Part shown: in pieces, positions 25,479 to 38,739 of the stretch
Layout: every line of letters begins with the position of its first letter
Numbering within the stretch: position 1 is the stretch's first letter
Assembly (NCBI GenBank): GCA_040954595.2
Contig: CM082577.2
Coordinates: forward strand, 12,903,903-12,967,902
DNA length: 64,000 nt
Reading direction: 5' to 3'
DNA from: Balanoglossus misakiensis
Lineage: Eukaryota > Animalia > Hemichordata
Translations under genes and position numbers: made by a program
The notes under the pieces: model-generated
The model's database searches: none
What the model was told of the DNA's origin: nothing
Seen by the model: only the letters and a program-made list of their open reading frames with translations

Positions 25479-28400
25479 ATGGCTTGCATGAGAAGCTGTA
25501 AAAGGTTACAACATTGTCGTGAAATACCTTTGAAGTTAACACTCGTCGCTACATTCGTGATGTTGTCGATGACATTACTGCAGCAAGCAGGTAAGACACT
25601 AATTTGGGGTTTTGTATGTTCAGAACGTCTGAAGTTCCTCAAAACAGGAACTCATAATTCTTTCATTGTTTCATTTAAACATATGCTTAAAACGCACCTT
25701 TTTAACTTGGTTTATTGTACTGATAAATTTTATTTTGTTGTTATCCTTTTATTGTATTGTAACTTTTCAGCGGCTTTGATCACTTTTTTGCGGAGTTTGC
25801 CGCTTTATAAATAAATTATTATTATTATTATATTATTATCATGTATGATTGTAATAAGACTAAAGGTTTAATATCCAGATTGCATCAACGTTTTCCATGT
25901 TTACGCTCGGATGGATCACGCTGAAGCCTACACGTTTTGTGAGCGATTGGGTCTTCGCCTTGTTAAAGATGACAGCGAAGAAAAACACACAGCTATACTA
26001 AAAACTTTAAAGGAACGAGGCATCGCTTACTGGTATTTCTGGCTAGATGCTCGAGTGAATGACAACGGAGACGTAGTCACAAGAGACGGGGAAATTTTGA
26101 CCTACAAGCCATCGGTCGAAAAGGTTGTTGGGGAGTGCCTCTCAATGATAAAGTGAGTTGACGATATTGTATATATATTAAAATATGAAAAAAAAAAATT
26201 TGTGGACATTATAATATAGCTTAACATAAAGCAATCACATGGAATCATGTGCAGAAGCATGCCCCGCCGCCCGGCCCCGCATGCCAAGATTTCCCGGCAC
26301 AAACTAGCTGTAGGTTCGAAACAAAGGACACCTTACTTGGGGTGTGAACTGACTGTCAATCGATGTTTGATCTACAAATACCAATGTTTGCTCCTGGGTT
26401 TCAGTCCTTCGCCTATAGGTGTGAAATGGAAATTGTTCCACCTCGTTTGTAGTTTATTTACTCTCCTGATAGTCATAAGCCATTAATTCGGTAATGCGGA
26501 ATTTTTCCGCTCTACATGGTTTGTGCCAGCCAATCTCATCATTTATAGTTATATATCAGTTGAGACAGAATTGATTAAAATTTTAATGACACCCTGCAGA
26601 TGTTACAATAGGCAATGTCTTCAGAACACAATTTTGGCAGTTGCGCACCGATACCTCGATTTTATGGGAAATTTTAATCGTAAAGATTTACCTCATTTGT
26701 CTAGTATTAGACCAAGTTTACCTAATTCTCAATTGTCTCCGAGTCTTAACCAAATTAAATGGGAACTGTAGAAAACGTTTTATGTAGTTTGACAGATGTG
26801 CGGCCTGACAGACGTTAATTGGGTGAAAGTTTAATGTACTTACATTCCATTTTAATTCACAGACAAGGAATCTGGGAATATATCCGGTGTTCGGTACCAC
26901 GTCACCCTTTATGTGAAAATACAAGTAGGTTATAGTTTAATGAAGATTTTCGCAACTTTTACTCGATTTCGAATTTTATGGGAAAGAATTGACGTTGTTT
27001 TCTAATCTGCAGCATCTTTCGACCTAACTACCACATGGAATGATATGGTGGGTGCATACCAGCTATGTGAAAAGCTTGGGTTGCGTCTTCTAACTGACAC
27101 CACTGACTGGAAAATCAAGCAATACTGTGCGTCCATTGGGTGCCATGAAGTGCTTGCTCGCGGGGGTGTATGGATTGATGCTACCATCACGGCAGATGGT
27201 ACTGTGAAGACAGGCAGCGGTTTGATATTGGAACACACGCATTTTGCTCCCAACCAGCCTCTCGATGCCGGATCGTGTATTAGAATCACGTGAGTCGATG
27301 TCTGTTCACGCTATTTTCCACAATAGACGTTGTTTTATCATTGTTTTCATGACTTTAACTGTTAAGGCGTTGGAACTTCCGAGATTACATGGCAGTTTAC
27401 TGATTTGAATATCTGTGTATTGTTACGTTTTCCTATCCCAAAGATTACACTCTATTGCTAAATGGTACGTTTTCCTATCCCAAAGATTACACTCTATTGC
27501 TAAAAAAATCATTTTGCACTGTTTCTGGTATTTTGCCAAGTTTATGTTTTATGGTTTGGTAACTAACTGTATCTGCTTTAACGTCTGAATTGCAAAGCAC
27601 AATTTGAACTTGATATTTTACAGCTAACGCTGATTGCAATATCATTCCAACCCCGGCCGTACAGCATAATAGACAGTGAATGTAGGAAATTTATCAGAAC
27701 CATGTCCATACCAAATTTGACTCTTAAAATTCAAAGTACAGTAATTATTGTAGACATTGTAAACTTCAACAAGCGTTGAATAGTGAATCTTTATACAGGT
27801 GTACTACAGCTACATGTTTATGGGCAACTGAACCTTGTAAAAAATACCTGTATGTTGTTTGCGAGGATAACGGTAAGTATTTGATGAATCTCGTTCATTA
27901 ATTTTCCTTTTCCTACATGTTTGAATGCCTGTGTAGTTTTGTCGTAAGAACACATACACCAAATGCCACTAAAAACGGAATGAAGACAAATGCATACGCG
28001 TACATTATCCGCGTGGAAGGGAGTCACATTGGAAATATCCAAATGTATAATGGACCATTAATTTTTTGTTTTCGGTAAATTGATAATTGAAACAAAAAGG
28101 TGTATTAATCATCAACGTGTTCGTGTCGTAACCACATGAGATAATGCACTTATATGGACACAAATAATTGAAATTCGGCGTATTGTCTTGCACATTTGAT
28201 TTCCACGTACGTTAAATGGTCTGCTTTTAATGCCTTGTCTACACCAATGGATAATGCTAAAGTGCCTAACCCAGCATAAGGGGGCTCCGAAGTACATGTA
28301 CATCTCGATATGGTCACATTTTATTTCTCTCAAACTTTGCAAATTCGAGAGTAAGTATGCAAATAATAAATAATACATGAAATTACTATCAAATATGACT

Positions 28401-31400
28401 ACCATAAGCCGAAAAGGGAAAGGAAATGATTAAACAAGTTGCTCAAAGAAATGGAATTGAAACAAAGGTTGTTGACAATGGGGTTTACGTCATAACCTGG
28501 GGAGATTTTGTTGAAGTACTTTTGTTGGATTTTATAGAAGTTTGGCATTGACTGGAAAGGTGTCTTCCGGGAGAACGTGTTATATATTCAGTATTACTTT
28601 AAGTCATAATTGTCTTTAAATTGATGAAATAAAATTCAAATTTTGCCATCTCTCACATTATCTGCACTTTACATTTGCAACATCCAGATGATGACTTACT
28701 TCTGCTGCGGGAGAGGTTGGTCAAGATAAGTGACGATGAATTCAGAACAGCTGATGTGGTAAGAAAGGTTCAAATTCTTTGAGACTGATGTAATGCACTG
28801 TATTGTATAAAGCCACAAGTTAGCGAAATCCACTTAAAGGGACAAAGTCTCTCTCTCGCTGCCCTTTTTTCCATTAATTATTTTTGATACAAGATACCGG
28901 TTGTTATTCTACATGTGGATATATAGTGAATGAACGTTCAACCACACACAACTTCCATACCTCTTATAGACAGGAGAGTGAAAAAACTCGCCAAAATGAA
29001 TAATCGTTCTTTACCATTTATTCATTTTGGGCGAGTTTTTACTCTCATATCATACAAGTGGGAAGGAAATTTTGTGTGGTTGAACGTTGATTCACTATAT
29101 ATCCACATGTAGAATAACATAAACAGTGTCTTGTATCAAACATAATTAATGGAAAAAGGGTAGCGAGAGAGAGACTTTGTCCCTTTAAGAGACAGAACAC
29201 TTTTGACAACTAATGCTACGTTCTAAATAATTTGACATAATGCTATAAGCCACAAACTATGTACTGCAAAATTCAAAATAGCTGCAACAACCGCCAAACT
29301 AGAAAAACCATATTTCTTTGATACCGACAACATGTTATCTCTAAAATTGTAACAACGTCACAATTTTGTAGACAAATTGCGCAGTTGAAGTAGTATGTGT
29401 TGAGAGAGACGTGAACAGAAAGGGGTAAGAGACTCGACTCGAACACGAACGACGAGAGTTGTTTAGCGTGTCGAATGTTGCTCTATGAAGCTCGTAGTTA
29501 CCTTCTGAAAGGGACATTTGCGCCTGAACGGACTGGGTTCCTCCCGATGGGTTCTTGCCGATTGCCGCACGCCGGCGCGTATGAAAGTGTGGGTCGTCGA
29601 TGCACTGGCCGGCTGCACTGCCCCAACATGACCAGCTCCACGCTACTTTGAGCTGCACCGCGGTCGGATATCCCACCCCGGCTGCCAGACAGCATATGAA
29701 GGTGTCTTAGGCCTTTTCTAGTCAAAGTGTACACGTTTAAAACTTTGGGGTTTTCGGAATGGAAAAAAGCGGAACATGAACATGGATATATACTAATCAT
29801 GAACGCCTAACAAACACGTTGAAAAAGCCAGATCTGACCGTCGCTGGGCGCGATGACGCGTCAACATTATTTTTCAAACAATGTAACTTGTCACGCTTAG
29901 TTCATAATTTTGCTGCCACAAACAACAAGTTCTCGCGTAGGTCGAGAAAGTTCACAAGTGGCCGGGTGATCACTGCAAGGTTAGCGGCGGCCTCGCACGC
30001 CCGAATTTGCCACAAAACTATCAGTCCACACAGCAATGCGGTTCAAACTCTTCCGTCATATTTATTTGAACAACACAAATTCAGAATACAACACGGCAGT
30101 TTGGTACATCATCTCTATCCTACACTGCTAATTCTCATCTCAATCGTCTCTCTTCGCAATACGTCGATTCTCTAAAAGAACGTTCAACAGACAGGATACA
30201 CTGGAACCCGCGGAACTAGCAATTTACATCTGTGCTACAGAGGAATCTACCGACCTGATGAAGTGGGGGGATCAGTCCGTTCAAGCGTTAATGTCCCGAT
30301 CAGAAGGTAACTACGAGCTTCGTAGAGCAGCATTCGACACGCTAAACAACTCTCGTCGTCCGTGTTCGAGTCGACATGTCTCTCTCAACTGGGCGCAATT
30401 TGTCTACTCAATTATGACGTTGTTACTATTTTAGAGATAACGCCTTGTTGGCATCAAAGAAATACGGTGTTTCTAGTTTGGCGGTTGTTGCAGCTATTTT
30501 GAATTATGTGGTAATTGTCTTTACACGTATATTAAAGGTCACTATGTGATATAAATATTTTGTGACAACTAAAGCTTCATACTGAATAATTCTACATAGG
30601 GCTATAAAGCCACATACTAAATAATTGTCTTTTCTTTTTCCAGGGTATTAATGTAATTGACAAGTTGAACACATTAACCTCTGACCTTTCAAATAAAAGT
30701 GTCATATTTGAAGGAAGAATTCTATTTGCAAAAGGTACATGTATTGTGATATTTGTTGTTTAAATCAAGATGATTCTGTGACATATGTTTATATCCATCA
30801 CATTCAATATCATCCAATGATGTAAAAACGATATTGGTATCAGACGCAGAAAAAATAGCACCTTGCAATTATAAAGCTTACCGAAAATGCGTTAAATACA
30901 GTTCGTTTGTTTCATGCAAATTATTGGTGACCGTCAAATAGCTTACATGTAGCTTAGAGAAACTTCCAGCATTGGACGTGTCCAACTGTTGAATGGTACG
31001 CTGAATTAGAAGTAGGATAGGATAGTCTGGTTCCCTGCCCTTTAGCGTAGCGCAGCCAGCGGTTGGATTGGGGCAGGGGACCAGACTAAAGGATCGGACT
31101 CCCTTGTCTCGTCATCATATTTCCAAATGGTTTCAAGAAATGAAACTCATTCAATAACCTTCGGGCATTGGTGTAAGGCCGAGAAAGACAGTCAGGCAGA
31201 GTGAGGTAGTTTTAAATGCCAGTGTTTACATATTTCAGAAACACTGAATGTCATGCAAAAAGTAATAGACAGAATGCAGTCCCTAATTGACGCCAATCCG
31301 AACCAGAGGCTGAATCCCGGGCAGGCAAATCACCTGACAAAGAAAACAACAAAAGTATTCCACCAGTTATCAATGTTTATACTGAACGAGACTACTTGTG

Positions 31401-34059
31401 GGCATGGACCAATCATCGCGAGAACTTCTTCTCTTGTTCTACATCTGGAAAAGAACTTTGTGCCCTACTTGAGCAACGTCACCATAATGATTGGAGATGG
31501 GAGTGGATTCAGTATTCCACCTACAGACAGTATGTTTCCACAATTGTCGCGGGACACAGTCTTGAACAGAATGGTCCGTATACAACTTCGATAATAATAA
31601 GAAAAATACCACGTTTCTTTATATCAATCATTACTCTATTCTTGTATATGGATATTTGTATAACTATTTGCCGCCAGTTAACTTTAATGTGATGTCCTGG
31701 GAGGCTGTCAGTTTTTTTATAAGAGGAACTTTAGGCTGAAATATGTGTTGTGTCATGCACCCGTTGTCATTTTCTTTTACAAAACAAGACCTTAAACATT
31801 TCTTATATGTATGATCTTTGGTTTAATGTGGAATTATGTTGTTGTCATAATGCGTTTTGGTGCTAGGGGAATAATTTAAGTTTACTAAGTTTTTTTTTAC
31901 GTTTAGATTTTCCGTTTCGGTGGGAACCCTCACGGGTTGGCAAATAGGACTCATGGCTTCACTACCGATATACTGTCCCTGGAATTCAGAGATGAAGATG
32001 GTAATGAGATAAAAGGTTGGTTTTCATTAAGGTGGTATCCTTACCTTCGCATGGAACTCTCAATATTTTACCAGTTAACTTCACACCATTTAAACCGGAA
32101 ATTCCTTTATATAGAAACCCAACGACATAACTTATATAAACATACAATCTTGGAGGGCAGAAGTCGATTAATAACCAATTTGTGAATTTAGTTTTGACAT
32201 CAGTGTAAATTATCATTGAAAATGTTCCTTTTTAGTGAAACATGCATCAGAGGATCTCGGTGTATGGCTTGGTAATTATCAGACACCTATTAATGAAAGC
32301 ATCGTCAGGGGATTATACGTGGAAAGGGAAGGAGTCACTCACTATGCATTGACAGTAACGGTAATCTTCACATACTATATGAAGTTAACTGATCATTGCA
32401 TTTTTTCTGATCTTGTCTGTAACATATTCCCATTTGATCATCTATCATTATAGAATGATAAATAATTTGCGTCATTGTTACATAGGTATCGCCACAGCGA
32501 TACGCAGATTCCGGTTACCAGCCTTCGGCTTTAATATCAATTTCCTCGACATCATTTACAGTGGACATGGCCATAAATTTCGACTTATCTATAGTTGTTT
32601 GACCTATAAGTTAAGACACTCTGAAAAGGGTATACAAGACATTGGTGCCATTTTAAACACATTGTTATCGTTGACCTCACAAATTTCATTGTGTTAACTT
32701 TATCTCAATTTTACATTTTTGTTCGTTGTAGGCGCTATCGGCCTACTCTGCATTTCAAATCATCGTGGAAGCATCAATGCCTGTCTTCGAGACTACTACA
32801 GCATACGTGTCACTGGAAAGACTTGACGCCGTCGGTGGCCACAGTGGTTTTCATTATGTAACTGAGTTGGTATTTGCAGGGTGTACAGCATCCATATTTC
32901 TACCAGAAGCAAAGGTCACAAGGACGGGCTTGTATTACATAGTCTTTGACCTTACCAGTGGTAAGATTGTGGTATTGTTTTTTGATGTCACATTCAAAAA
33001 TCAACATGTACATATGTTCTGCCACGATCTTGTGATTTCATTAAAGCATAAATAGCTGCCACGTTTTGCATTTTTTCGTTATTTTTACCTCGTGTGATGA
33101 TAGCAGGGTAGTGTTTCGCCACTTCTGTGTCTATCTGTCTGTCTGTCTGTTAGGGCGACATTTCATCAAAGGCTAATCAGAATACGATCTTCTATATTGC
33201 ACAGGTTTTATATGCAAATAGAGAGAACTGATTACTTTTTGTGGGGCTCATATTTAGCTAATAAAATTCATTGCCAATATAAAGTATGTTACAAGTTCTA
33301 GTGAAAATAGTGTAATTACCGGCTTGTTGCCATAAAATCCTCAATTCAATGTTTCTCTGTTGGATTGACTCACATATTGGCGGACATTTTGAATTTAAAA
33401 TATTAGAAAATTTGGCCTTATGTCGAAAAATTCCACCGTGACCCCTGTTTCACTACTTTAAAAGTTAATTTTAAATGAAATAGGTGGAAGAAACGGAACT
33501 TAGTTCTCTTATTCTTTTTCTCTACAGCCCATGGGGTTGGCATCAAGGTCCTCACTACTCAACACAGATGTAGCTACTTTGATGAGACTAACTGGCAAAA
33601 TGATGGTTGTAAGGTATAAACGCTTTTCTTCCAATTTTGCAAAGATTGATATGCTCCCTGTACTTTCAAGCGATGAAACTGAAGACAAGTGACAATTTGG
33701 GTGATTTTAGCGGATACTGCGGATAAATATGTAACAAAAACTTAAAATGCAGAAGGTACTGCACCTTACGATTAATGCTGACACGTGGAAACTACTTTTA
33801 ACTCAATTAGCACTGATGTATGTGAGGACGCTTTTCCATTATACATTATAGCTGGGACGTAAACCAAGTGTTTGATCTTGTTTCACTTGCAGAGAAACGC
33901 CCACTGCTGTGTCACAGTCAATATGTATTTGTTCTGCTTGTTATCTTGCAGGTGTCACCAAAATCTGACTTCAATTCTACCCTGTGTCTGTGTAATCACC
34001 TGACTGTTTTCAGTGCAATGGTGGGAGTTGTTCAATCTGATGGACGATGCCACGTGTAA
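25479..34059 (+). CDS. Copy D: 13-exon signal peptide-CTL-CTL-GAIN/GPS protein
   Basis: Exons 25479-25590, 25879-26152, 26863-26924, 27013-27289, 27799-27872, 28688-28758, 30644-30734, 31239-31573, 31907-32015, 32236-32360, 32732-32960, 33528-33613, 33952-34059. Exonic indels relative to B/C are in frame (-9 nt in exon 2, +3 nt in exon 4). Confidence 0.85.
25675..25838 (+). mobile_element. 5'-truncated LINE (CR1/L2-like) 3' tail
   Basis: Copy-D-specific insertion in intron 1. Encodes FKHMLKTHLFN (typical ORF2 C-terminus) and ends in aataaa plus (TTA)n. Confidence 0.65.
28838..29184. mobile_element. Kolobok-type MITE, near-complete palindrome
   Basis: ttaa|agggacaaagtctctctctcgct ... agcgagagagagactttgtccct|ttaa. 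Empty site ccacttaagagacag in copy C. Confidence 0.85.
29264..30511. mobile_element. Non-autonomous element with long (~200+ bp) imperfect TIRs, TA-flanked (Tc1/mariner-like MITE)
   Basis: aattcaaaatagctgcaacaaccgccaaactagaaa ... tttctagtttggcggttgttgcagctattttgaatt. Only a left-end remnant is present in B (~9565-9645) and C. Confidence 0.7.
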
Positions 34060-34967
34060 TACAGGGCGTCCGTTTGGTCTACAGAACTAACAAATTAAGC
34101 TTATGGAACGAGTTCTAAACTAATAATGTACCATTCAAAATGTGTTCGTGTTTTTAAATTTATTTAATATAAACTTTATGAAGTTTTGGCAATATATTTT
34201 GGTGATAATGCATTAACTGTAAAAAGAATAGCATTTAGCTAGAGGTGCCAAAAACTTGTCCGAAAGAGAAGCGTTAGGTTGAGTGCGTCTATGATTGATT
34301 TGTTTATATAGTACGATGTAATTGATACATTTCTTTGTAATCTGCCAGAATAGGATATATACACGTATAGATTGATCAATATTTCTGTTTTGTAATAACC
34401 AGTACTGTCACTTGCCATTGTAATAACCCACAATTTCACTTGTCATTAATTCGTGGAGTTATAGTATTCTGAAAACAACTTGTATGTGTTTGCCATGGAT
34501 TGCTCTGGATATTTCTGGTTGACATTAAAGCGTACACTTACTGTACACTGTGTATGTATGGCGTCTTCCCCCTCCCCACGAATCACAGGACATCCCTCTT
34601 TCGCCGTTTTTTGTTGCTGCAAAAAACTAGACTGAATTTTCCTTTGAGAAGAAATAAACCACAGAAATCACAAGTAATCATAACCAGCACCAAAAACTAC
34701 TTATACGTTTATTTGTAAATGTATCCTAATACTGACCACAACAATGGTTAATTAACAATAATAGGCAAAGAAAACGGTTTATACTGTCTGTGTGTCTTGG
34801 TTAGATTTCTTAATCAGAGCATTTTGTCAGTTTGTGATGAGAAATTGCTAAAGTGTGTAACCTTTGATAAATAGACTACGGAATCACGTGTTTCAATTAC
34901 AAATGCCATTCAGAACAATGGACGTTATTCATTGGTGCATACGGCCAGGGAATTACACTATCCAAGT

Positions 34968-35358
34968 TAGTCTCGGTTACTCAGACCCCTCTGCTTCTTC
35001 CATTGGGCACTCCAGAAAGAGGGTCTGTGAATACACCATAGAAAAATCTCCTGACAAAGATGGCCGACTCGAGGCAAAAGCAATGCATGATGGTCGACAT
35101 TCATGACATTTGATATTATGATATGACGATATTAGAAAACTCTTTACCAAACTTCTCTCTCTCTTCAATTCGTGGACAGTTTTAGCACGTCCAGCACTTA
35201 TCGGCGTGTTTTTTTTTATGTTTGTGGCTGCAACCATCATGCATCGCCTTTGCCTCAGGTCGGCCATCTTTGCCCGGAGATTTTATATGGTATTTCCCCA
35301 TGCCCTCTTTCTTGAGTGCCCAACGGAAGAAGCAGAGAGGTCTGGGAAACCGATACTA
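34968..35358. mobile_element. AcademH-like non-autonomous element (paralogue of 3831-4185)
   Basis: Long TIRs tagtctcggttactcagacccctctgcttcttcc / ggaagaagcagagaggtctgggaaaccgatacta. 9-bp TSD with one mismatch. Confidence 0.6.
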
Positions 35359-36783
35359 TATCCTAGTGTTCTATAGTGGATGAGGTCATGCTTTGTTTAT
35401 AAATTCTCTAGGAGGGAAATACAACGTTTTCATTTTAGTTTGTATTTTTCAAAGGTGGCGGCCATATTCCTCAGCGGTAAAACTTTGTTATTTTATCTGG
35501 TTCAACGAATGTTGGTAGATTTTGCAGATACTTTCTTATCATATGTGCTGTGTTGAATTCATAAGAACGTGTATGGATCTTCACCAACATTTCCCACAAC
35601 AAAAATAAATCATCATCTGAATAATGCAAATTGAGATGGCTTGGGAGGCTGTAGAATATTACAAATTGCATTTCTAGAACTACAAAGTTTGAGAAAATCA
35701 GTAAGATATGTTGCCATAAATAAATTAAAGCCACTATTTCAGTATCTACTTCAGAGCTCCATACCTGTAGGTTAACCTCTCGGCATCCGCATTGTGGCAT
35801 TATTATTAGCGTGGAAAATGCACTGAAGGGAAGTAATTAAATATATCTCACATGCACACTCAAGTGAAATGTATGTTTGCGAGACAATATGCCGAATTTC
35901 TATTTTAGTATCCAACCGACGTTCTATACAAGATCCCCACACGAACACTTTAATGATTAATACCACTTTTGTTTAATTTGTCGATTAATCGGGAGCAACA
36001 AGTTTAATATCAATTAATTCCATTTCATCTTGCGACAGCCATAAAAAATAGTTATAATGTCACGCATTTCTTAACATGTGTATAATTAATACAAGTGTGA
36101 AAACATCTAACGCATAAATGAACGAACATGACACAGCGTCTCCATTTAGCACCAGATCTCTCTCTGCAGTGGTTACAATTCTTTGCAAAACACACATAAT
36201 GTGTCAAGATGTTCATATATAAAATGATCGCAGATTAGCCGCAAACTCGCAATCATGGCTTACCTGAGAAGCTGTAAAAGGTTACAATATTGTCGTGAAA
36301 TACGTTTGAAGTTAACACTCGTCGCTACATTCGTGATGTTGTCGACGACATTACTGCAGCAAGCAGGTAAGACACTAATTTGGGGTTTTGTATGTTCAGA
36401 AAGTTTGAAGTTCCTCAAAACAGGAACTCATAATTCTTATCATTGTTTCATGTATGATTGTAATAAGACTAAAGGTTTAATATACAGATTGCATCAACGT
36501 TTTCCATTTCTACGCTGGGATGGGTCACGCTGAAGCCTACACGTTTTGTGAGCGATTGGGTCTTCGCCTCGTTAAAGATGACAGCGAAGAAAAACAAACA
36601 GCTATAGTAAAAACTTTAAGGGAACGAGGCATCGCAGACTGGTATTTCTGGCTAGATGCTCGACTGAATGACAACGGAGACGCAGTCACAAGAGACGGGG
36701 AAATTTTGACCCCCAAGCCATCGCGTGAAGTTTATGGCGGGGAGTGCCTCTCTACGAAAAAGTGAGTTGACGATTTTGTATAT

Positions 36784-38261
36784 TTAAACCACGATCGTGA
36801 CGTCACACTATTCAATAGACAAGTCATTCACTGAGAGAACCTCTGTCTCACACAAAACCACAGGTTGAAAACCAAGTCCCGGGTAGTTCTAGAACTACCT
36901 CCGGGGGTTCTAGAACTGCCGCAGGACTCAGTCTCACCTGTCGTAACAAAAATACAAATAAACAAAGCTTTATTTGCATAATTACATTTACTTCTATACC
37001 TGTATTCAAAGGACATTTCATTTGAATAGAGTAATTGTTATGTTAATTGAAAGCGAACTGGATATGCGACAGTCTCCGGATCATTTCATTCAATGCTTCA
37101 CATTCACAGTTTTGTCTACTGACGTACAAAGCTAATGCCTTGGTGGCTCTCGAGAGTCTTCATAACATGATAAAGTATAAAATAGACAAAAATCAATTCA
37201 CCAGAAACAAACTAACGTTGCAATAAATTCACTACAAATTTCTAGAAAATTATACTAAATCACATTATCCCCAGATTTGCTTGTATTACTCTAACCCGAT
37301 GCTTCACTTCGATTTTGCTTCACTACCGACAAGTAACAAGGTTGGCTGTTTTAGGCCTACTGTTTAACAAAACCCGCGTACCTTGCAAAATTCTGCTTAC
37401 TTTTTGTTGCTGTACACCAGATGTGCGTTTGTAATGACGGACGGCTTCACTTCGGTATCAAGTCTTTTAGCAGATGAGTTACTCACCAATATCGCTACCA
37501 TACAGACGCGTTGCCGCTGTGGCTCGTAGAGAGCGGCTCGTTCAAAAACCAGGGAGGCCAATACACAGACGGGCAGTAGTACCATGTAGAGCATTGTGAC
37601 CCGGTTTTTGCTTTACCAACATGTAGTCGCTTGTTTTCGCAGATGATATAGATCGGAACTACATGTATCTTCAGATCGATTTCATGGACATTTGAAGGAA
37701 AATAAACTAAAAACGTGACACTTACATGTAGGCCTACTGCATTTGGCCTAGAAAATTTTCGCGTAAGCTTACCATGTGCACGCAAAACCCCAATAGCTGT
37801 AACCCCTCCCATAATACACTACGTATCACACCTGTAAAGTTGAATTTGATGCAAATTGAAGTTTGAAATTAGCATATCACTCCGACACGTAAGCATGAAC
37901 ATTTAGAGTAACACCTGTCAAGCGTGGGCGATCTTGTAAGGCCCAGCAGGGCGGTCTAGAACTACCTGCCCACGATATGATTCATTTATAGAAAGAGGGG
38001 TGGCCAACCAAATTTCACAGCCAGCAATGAAGAATAAGCCTCTTTTGATAAGCTTTTGTTCGTTCCTTTTATTGAATCGTTGTGTAAAACGACGTCTTTA
38101 TGGTATACAAAGCTCCAATGGTGACAATGTCTGTGGGGGATCGTGGTTTAAGTTAGAGAACCACCTCCCCCTCAGTGGTTCTTGGTTTCCAATCGCCTCG
38201 GGCCGGCGGCCCTCGGCGATTCGAAACCAAGAACCACCTCAGGGTCGGTGGTTCTCTATTA
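36784..38261 (+). mobile_element. Non-coding element with asymmetric inverted repeat and terminal hairpin (putative non-autonomous Crypton)
   Basis: Copy-E-specific insertion in intron 2. Left end taaaccacgatc (36785-36796) is inverted at 38139-38150 and followed by a hairpin at 38155-38257. No clear TSD. Confidence 0.65.
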
Positions 38262-38739
38262 CATATTAACATATGAAAAGTACCGTTTTTGTGGTCATTA
38301 TAGTATAGCTTAACATAAAGCAATCACATGGAATCATGTGCAGAGGCATGCCATATTCATAGTTAGATATCAGTTGAGACAGAATTGATTAACATTTTAA
38401 TGATATCCATGCAGATGTTACAATAGGCAATGTCTTCAGAACACAATTTTGGCAGTTGCGCACCGATACCTCGATTTTATGGGAAATTTTAATCGTCAAC
38501 ATTTACCTCATTTGTGTAGTATTATACCAAGTTTACCTAATTCTCAATTGTCTCCGAGTCTTAACCAAATTAAAGGGGAACTGTAGAAAACGTTTTATGT
38601 AGTTTGAAAGATGTGCGGCCTGACAGGCATTAATGGGGTGAAACTTTAATGTACTTACATTCCATTTTAATTCACAGTGATGGAATCTGGGTGTTTTTCC
38701 GGTGTTCGCAACAACATCACCCTTTATGTGAAAATACAA

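Noticed and set aside
29819-30175. 118-aa ORF inside the long-TIR element
   Set aside because: No transposase motifs, and the 5' part is not conserved in the paralogous copy at ~45800-46179.
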